The position numbers and the translations under genes were made by a program. A DNA stretch of 63,742 nucleotides, filler included, from Stramenopiles sp. TOSAG23-2 (taxonomy: Eukaryota), in NCBI GenBank assembly GCA_900128395.1. It is 25 parts of 25 records of this genome, joined end to end, with 100 filler letters (N's around TTAATTAATTAA, not from the genome) between each part and the next. Parts side by side here need not be neighbours in the genome. Positions count along the whole stretch, not along the records: positions 58,762 to 61,203 come from LT651739.1; positions 61,304 to 63,742 come from LT651740.1; 23 more parts are not named here. The stretch is one strand, 5' to 3'. Positions 58,763 through 63,742 of the stretch are shown here, piece after piece. Position 1 is the first letter of the stretch, and each line of letters opens with the position of its first letter. Under the pieces are notes generated by a model. That model was not told the origin of the DNA and made no database searches. It saw only the letters and a list, made by a program, of their open reading frames with translations.

Positions 58763-60838
58763 CTGCCTAAATTTTTTGAAGAGCATTACAAAAAAAATTG
58801 GGAAGCACTGTGCAAGTTCAACGGTGTAACATTAGAGGATAAAGCTGATAAAAACCTGATGTTTAAGATAGGTGTAACTAATAATTTGAGTAGGCGCTTG
58901 CATGACGCTGACTATAACGGTGGTCTACAGGAATTGGTGGGGCTGTGTTTTGAAATGGAAAATCAGTATCAGTACCAGTACACTCTAGAATTTCTTCCAA
59001 CAAAAGAGAGTCAAAATAATATGCCAAACTATTTTCGCATGACCTTATTACATGAATGTGCCGAAAAATTCGAGGCAAAAATGAAGAAATTTTACTTAGG
59101 TAATCGCTTAAAATACATCGCAAAAAAAAGTAGCAGAAAGGGCATGACAGAATTAGTTTTTGGCCTAAACATTGGAGAATTAATTGAAAGTTTGGAAAAA
59201 AATTGTGTTTATTTTGAGGAAAGTTGTCTAAAGCCATTTATCTACATAGATGTGCCCGAAGACTTTAAAATAATAGACGAAACGACAACAACTGTCGTTG
59301 TGACTTTCAAGACAGGCAAAGAGCATGGTATTAATATTAGAGATTGTAAGAAAGTTCAGGTTAATAGCGAGGATAGAGTGGAAGGTTTGTATCATGTTCT
59401 TCCAAAAACATTGGAATTGCAAAAAATGGGAGATTTAGAGGTTACGGTGTGCCTTAAAAACGGGAATCATACCAGGAATACAAACGGATATATATTTAAA
59501 GATTTCAAGCAGCTTGGAACCATTGAAAAAATCAAACACCCAAACAAAAAATATGATAATTATGATCCAATTTTGGAAGGCGTACAAAAAAAAAGTAAAA
59601 AAAAAGTAGAACGAAAAACTTACTTACAATTTTATGATGATTATGATGAAAACGATAAGCTGATAAAAACACTATTAACAGAAAAGTCATTGCTAGATCG
59701 CTTTCGTAAAGATTATGATCCGAAATCTATTCCATCATTTGCAACCTTTATCGAAAAACCTATCAGTACAATAGAAAAGTTTCCATTTGCATGTTCAAAA
59801 CATTCAATTGAGACTGATCAAATGTCCTTTTCAGATTGGTTAAATAAGATGGAAAAAAAATACTCTTTCGGTGCTTGTAAATATTGTGATTTCTTGCGAG
59901 AATATGCTTTTGAACGAAGTGAGCAATCCAGGCAACCTTCACTTCTGGAGGAGGTAGGGTATATGTTTGAGTGCTATGTGAATAAAGTATATAAAAATCA
60001 AAAATTTAAGACAATAGAAGAGCGAAATTTTGGTACTATAACAAAGAAAGAAGACATATCTGAAAGCGAGTTCGAGCTCAAAATAGATTTTTCTCCTAGT
60101 ATCAAGTGGTCCGAAATGACAGTTGACGAGAAATTAAAGTGGCAGAAAGACATTGTTTTGGAGGAAATGTTTAAAGATTACATAAATTATGTGAATGATG
60201 ATAATCTCAAAGAAAAATTGGCTAGCAAATTTACAAATTTGGCATGTATTAAGATCAATAAGTTGGAGTTGACAAAGGACATGTATGTGTGTCGCAAAAA
60301 AGACAAACGTTGGGACTTTGAATACGAACGTGATATGAAAGTTGAGAGTATTATTTATCCTGCTTATAAGGAGATTAATGATGGTTACTTATTACGCAAG
60401 AGTTACGAAGCAAACAAGTATAAAGAAATTAAAAGCAACAGAGATCCTGCAGTTTACGGAAGAATAAAACAGGTTAATGATTTTGAAAACCCTTTTATTA
60501 TAAGTATAACACACAATACGAAAAATGCAAGATTTCAGGAATCGAAGGATGAAACTGAAAAGCGAAAAGCCATGCAGTATTATAAAGAGACTAACTTCAA
60601 ACATTTTGACACATACATTAAAGAGTTGTCAAGTTGCCGAGAAATGAATCAGAAAATAGTGCAATTGGATATATGTGGTCCATTTCAGGAGAGTTATTTT
60701 TTGGAAAATAATGATCAACTGATTACTTTCCAGTGTAATATTTGCAAATGGCAAGGAGATATTAATTCCTTAACTTTCTTTTTACGGAAGATTTATGCTG
60801 ATACTGCTTGCATAAAATGCTCTGAAAACAAGAGATAG
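58763..60838 (+). CDS. T5orf172/MUG113-like (GIY-YIG superfamily) nuclease-domain protein with Cys pairs, 5'-truncated
   Basis: FKIGVTNNLSRRL..AEKFEAKMKK..GMTELVF; CSKH/CKYC and CNIC/CIKC metal-ligand pairs; no introns. Confidence 0.55.
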   Translation: MPKFFEEHYKKNWEALCKFNGVTLEDKADKNLMFKIGVTNNLSRRLHDADYNGGLQELVGLCFEMENQYQYQYTLEFLPTKESQNNMPNYFRMTLLHECAEKFEAKMKKFYLGNRLKYIAKKSSRKGMTELVFGLNIGELIESLEKNCVYFEESCLKPFIYIDVPEDFKIIDETTTTVVVTFKTGKEHGINIRDCKKVQVNSEDRVEGLYHVLPKTLELQKMGDLEVTVCLKNGNHTRNTNGYIFKDFKQLGTIEKIKHPNKKYDNYDPILEGVQKKSKKKVERKTYLQFYDDYDENDKLIKTLLTEKSLLDRFRKDYDPKSIPSFATFIEKPISTIEKFPFACSKHSIETDQMSFSDWLNKMEKKYSFGACKYCDFLREYAFERSEQSRQPSLLEEVGYMFECYVNKVYKNQKFKTIEERNFGTITKKEDISESEFELKIDFSPSIKWSEMTVDEKLKWQKDIVLEEMFKDYINYVNDDNLKEKLASKFTNLACIKINKLELTKDMYVCRKKDKRWDFEYERDMKVESIIYPAYKEINDGYLLRKSYEANKYKEIKSNRDPAVYGRIKQVNDFENPFIISITHNTKNARFQESKDETEKRKAMQYYKETNFKHFDTYIKELSSCREMNQKIVQLDICGPFQESYFLENNDQLITFQCNICKWQGDINSLTFFLRKIYADTACIKCSENKR

Positions 60839-61024
60839 TACAATTTGTGAGACGGCTGACCAGCTAACACTATTTAATGCTAATCTCTATTTGGATTCAC
60901 TGAGTGTGTATGGATGGATGGACACTTGGGCTTGTAGAGCATTAGCTTATAGATTAGATCGAATATGGAGCATATGATATGAATAGTATTTACGAGTTAT
61001 TAAACAATTAGAGCTACTATAAAA

Positions 61025-61203
61025 ATGATGGTTAAAATCCTTAAGTTAATAATAATTTTACACTTTAACTTCCCGTGCTAAGTAAATTCGTATTATTATT
61101 ATGATGGTTAAAATCTTAAGTTATATATATCATAATAATTTTACTTCTCATGTTAAGTAATATGCTCAATACTCAATCGCAAGAATAATATGCTATCCTA
61201 CTA
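61025..61203 (+). repeat. Dispersed repeat module A (GATGGTTAAAATC...TGCTCAATACTCAATCGCAAGAATAA)
   Basis: Two tandem starts here. Other copies at about 45763-45876 (+), 25749 (+, partial), 56218-56275 (-) and 63495-63622 (-). Confidence 0.85.
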
Positions 61204-61715
61204 NNNNNNNNNNNNNNNNNNNNNNNNNNNNNNNNNNNNNNNNNNNNTTAATTAATTAANNNNNNNNNNNNNNNNNNNNNNNNNNNNNNNNNNNNNNNNN
61301 NNNTCATTGGACTTGTTAGTATATATAAATTATGATAGGAAAGTGATTCTCAATAAAAGAAGAGGTGAAAAAAAAAAATAAATTTATAAATTGGTGCATT
61401 GAAAAACATGGGGGGTGCGGGGAATAATTAAAAACAGTGTTTTAAATATTTTATACAGTATGCAACGATAGAAAGTATATATGTATGTATGATGTATTTA
61501 TAATAACACATCGTTTTTTTAAATTATATTATTAATAAAGAACAAGTATTTTTATTTGTGATACTATAGATAATTAATTTGACGTCGTGTAATTGTATAC
61601 TATTTTCATTTTGTAAATATTAAATATATATTTTTCGTAATAATTATTATTGTTATTGGAAATTATTTTGTCTTTTTATTATCGTTTATTTTTTTTTTGT
61701 AAAAATAACGTTCTC

Positions 61716-63164
61716 ATGATACTATTGATGAAATCTAGTGTATTTATAATATGTTTTGTCTTTCTTAGCTTGCTGTTAAGTAGTCCTATATTGGTTGTCT
61801 CCACATCATCGTTTTTACGACATCGTAACAAAGTGAACCAAAAAATAACAGGAAATTGTGATTGTGAAACACCTCTTGTACGTCTAGCTTTGGCTAATCA
61901 AGCACGTGAAAGTTTGAAACAAAAAGAAAGAAACGATGTCGACTCCGTGCCTAATATGGGTCTATTGCAACCTTTAAATTTTCTTGAAATGAGTTGCGAT
62001 GAACGTTGCGAATTGGAGAAAAAAGAAGCAGAAAAGAATGGCAAGAAAATTTTAGCTGCCGAAAATCCTGCAACTGATGATAAAAATGCGGAGAAAAATA
62101 CTGCAGAAGCTACTACAGGTACAAAAGAAGATACAAGCGAAGAAACCAATTCGTCAACACCACCGCCACAACAGCAACAAGAAGTTGGCAAAAATTTAGT
62201 TGTGAAATCAGGAGTTGTATCAGATAAAATGTTTAGATTTGGCACAATGTCCTCACTGGCTTATGCCAATGAACATGTGGAAGAAAAAGAACATGCTTGG
62301 TATAAATTTTGGCGCACGCCTAAAGTTACAGAGCAGGATAAAGTTATACATGGGATTAATTACATAGAAGAACATATCAAAACCGATGGTAAATTTTCTG
62401 AAACACAAGAACTTGATCGAGAACTATCAAGTCGAGAGGCTACAATTTTTGTCGACAAAGCAATAAAAGAAGTGGCAGTTTCATTCAAAGGAACAAATTT
62501 TTTAAGTGGAGAAGACCTGGCAGCAGATTATGCCCTCTTCGATAACGATGCAATTAAAGCCTTTGGTGTTGTAGGAGTTGGCGCGGCGGGCGGTCCTGCA
62601 GCTGCTGCAGTAGCAGCAAGTGCTTCACTTCATGTACAAAAACATGGGATGAAGGAAATTAATGAAGCTATTTCGCTGATTAGAAATGTCCACGCGAAGT
62701 ATTCTGATTTCACAATAGCTACAACTGGCCACTCTTTAGGAGGAGCAAAAGCATTATTTGTTGCACAGATGTTTCCCACCATCGTATCGGAATCAATTGC
62801 ATTTAACCCTGGGCCATTAGGCAAAAAGGGAATGACTTGTAATAATTGTAAGATAGTTAGGACGGAAAACGATATAATTAGTATCCAGTCACGTGGTGTT
62901 GCTGATGTCGTACTTACACAAAAAGACGGAAATTTTGTATCAAAGGCCTTGGATGCACATACTCAATATACAGGGCAAATAGCCGTTCCAGGTATAGAAA
63001 TAGATAAACATGGCAATGCTGATTATGGTAATGGGGGTTTTAGAAAAGCAAAAAGCACCACTACTAATACTAATTTGTTGCTTTTACAACGTGATTCAAA
63101 ACAAATTACAAAAAAAAAAGAAATAATGAAAATGGTGGGAAAAGATATTCATCTTTACAATTAA
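61716..63164 (+). CDS. Secreted class 3 lipase-like alpha/beta hydrolase
   Basis: Signal peptide, VAVSFKGT, TTGHSLGGA nucleophile elbow, AFNPG, NDIIS, and a candidate catalytic His in DAH. Confidence 0.85.
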   Translation: MILLMKSSVFIICFVFLSLLLSSPILVVSTSSFLRHRNKVNQKITGNCDCETPLVRLALANQARESLKQKERNDVDSVPNMGLLQPLNFLEMSCDERCELEKKEAEKNGKKILAAENPATDDKNAEKNTAEATTGTKEDTSEETNSSTPPPQQQQEVGKNLVVKSGVVSDKMFRFGTMSSLAYANEHVEEKEHAWYKFWRTPKVTEQDKVIHGINYIEEHIKTDGKFSETQELDRELSSREATIFVDKAIKEVAVSFKGTNFLSGEDLAADYALFDNDAIKAFGVVGVGAAGGPAAAAVAASASLHVQKHGMKEINEAISLIRNVHAKYSDFTIATTGHSLGGAKALFVAQMFPTIVSESIAFNPGPLGKKGMTCNNCKIVRTENDIISIQSRGVADVVLTQKDGNFVSKALDAHTQYTGQIAVPGIEIDKHGNADYGNGGFRKAKSTTTNTNLLLLQRDSKQITKKKEIMKMVGKDIHLYN

Positions 63165-63742
63165 TTAAAAATTATGTGTGAGATTAAGATAGATTTAATG
63201 GTACATAATAGTTTGTGATATTAAGAAAAAAATTTACGAAGAAAGTAATTAGTATATATATAATATACGTACGTGGCGTACCAAATTTATAACCACACAT
63301 ATTATTTTTTATATATGTTATCCGACTAGTTACCGATTGTTGTTCACAACAGGATCTTTCACTTTGACAGCCTCACCGCTATCGAGTGAACCCGACGTCC
63401 AGCGCGTTCAACGATTGCGCACGGAAGGATAGAAACCTACTTGTGCTTGTAGAGTATTAGTTTGCAGAGGTGCATTAGAGCTTTACTATAGTGTAGGATA
63501 ACATATTATTCTTGCGATTGAGTATTGAGCATATATATTACTTAAAACGAGAAGTGTAAAATTATTACGTTCGGGTTAGACGGATTATTACGTTCGTATG
63601 ATATAACTTAGATTTTAACCATTTATAATTATAAATAAGAGAATTTTTTATATATCAATACGCCGCCGTATATACTTCGTACTTCGTATGCCATATATAT
63701 ATAATCATACGAATCGGATTTTATCATATCATATCATCTAAT

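Noticed and set aside
2468-61303. Regularly spaced TTAATTAATTAA repeats resembling an array
   Set aside because: Synthetic six-frame-stop spacers in N runs; not CRISPR or any biological repeat. ORF-track tails such as XXXLIN are artefacts of them.
1-63742. rRNA, tRNA, CRISPR arrays, telomeric repeats, transposase or reverse-transcriptase genes
   Set aside because: None recognised by eye; tRNAscan-SE, Infernal and a TE-domain HMM scan would be needed to exclude them.

Overview
This is not one locus. The window is 25 unrelated contigs of about 2.44-2.47 kb, sorted by decreasing length and joined by artificial 100-bp spacers (44 N + TTAATTAATTAA + 44 N), so adjacency across spacers carries no biological meaning. 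Most contigs come from a very AT-rich eukaryote with short GT-AG introns; a mastigoneme-type EGF protein suggests a marine stramenopile flagellate MAG/SAG (inference). One contig (12828-15290) is a compositional outlier, probably from another organism. Recognisable genes, many truncated by contig ends: a glutamate-receptor-like channel, COX5B, an arylsulfatase, Vps39/TGFBRAP1, a PPR protein, a Tubby-like protein, ankyrin proteins, a class 3 lipase and an N-acetylneuraminate-lyase-like aldolase. The best candidates for new biology are single-ORF architectures: (1) a Golgi PAP phosphatase (IMPAD1/BPNT2-like) fused to a PAPS transporter (SLC35B2-like); (2) an MLO-like membrane protein fused to a cyclic-nucleotide-binding fold and four EF-hands; (3) an aprataxin/PNKP-type FHA domain joined to a WG/GW Argonaute-hook-like array; (4) a sialic-acid-lyase-like enzyme with a signal peptide; (5) a T5orf172/GIY-YIG-like nuclease ORF. 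A modular dispersed repeat family recurs in gene flanks on several contigs, and one whole contig is a perfect palindrome (probably an artefact). All homology calls rest on motif recognition by eye; no searches were run.
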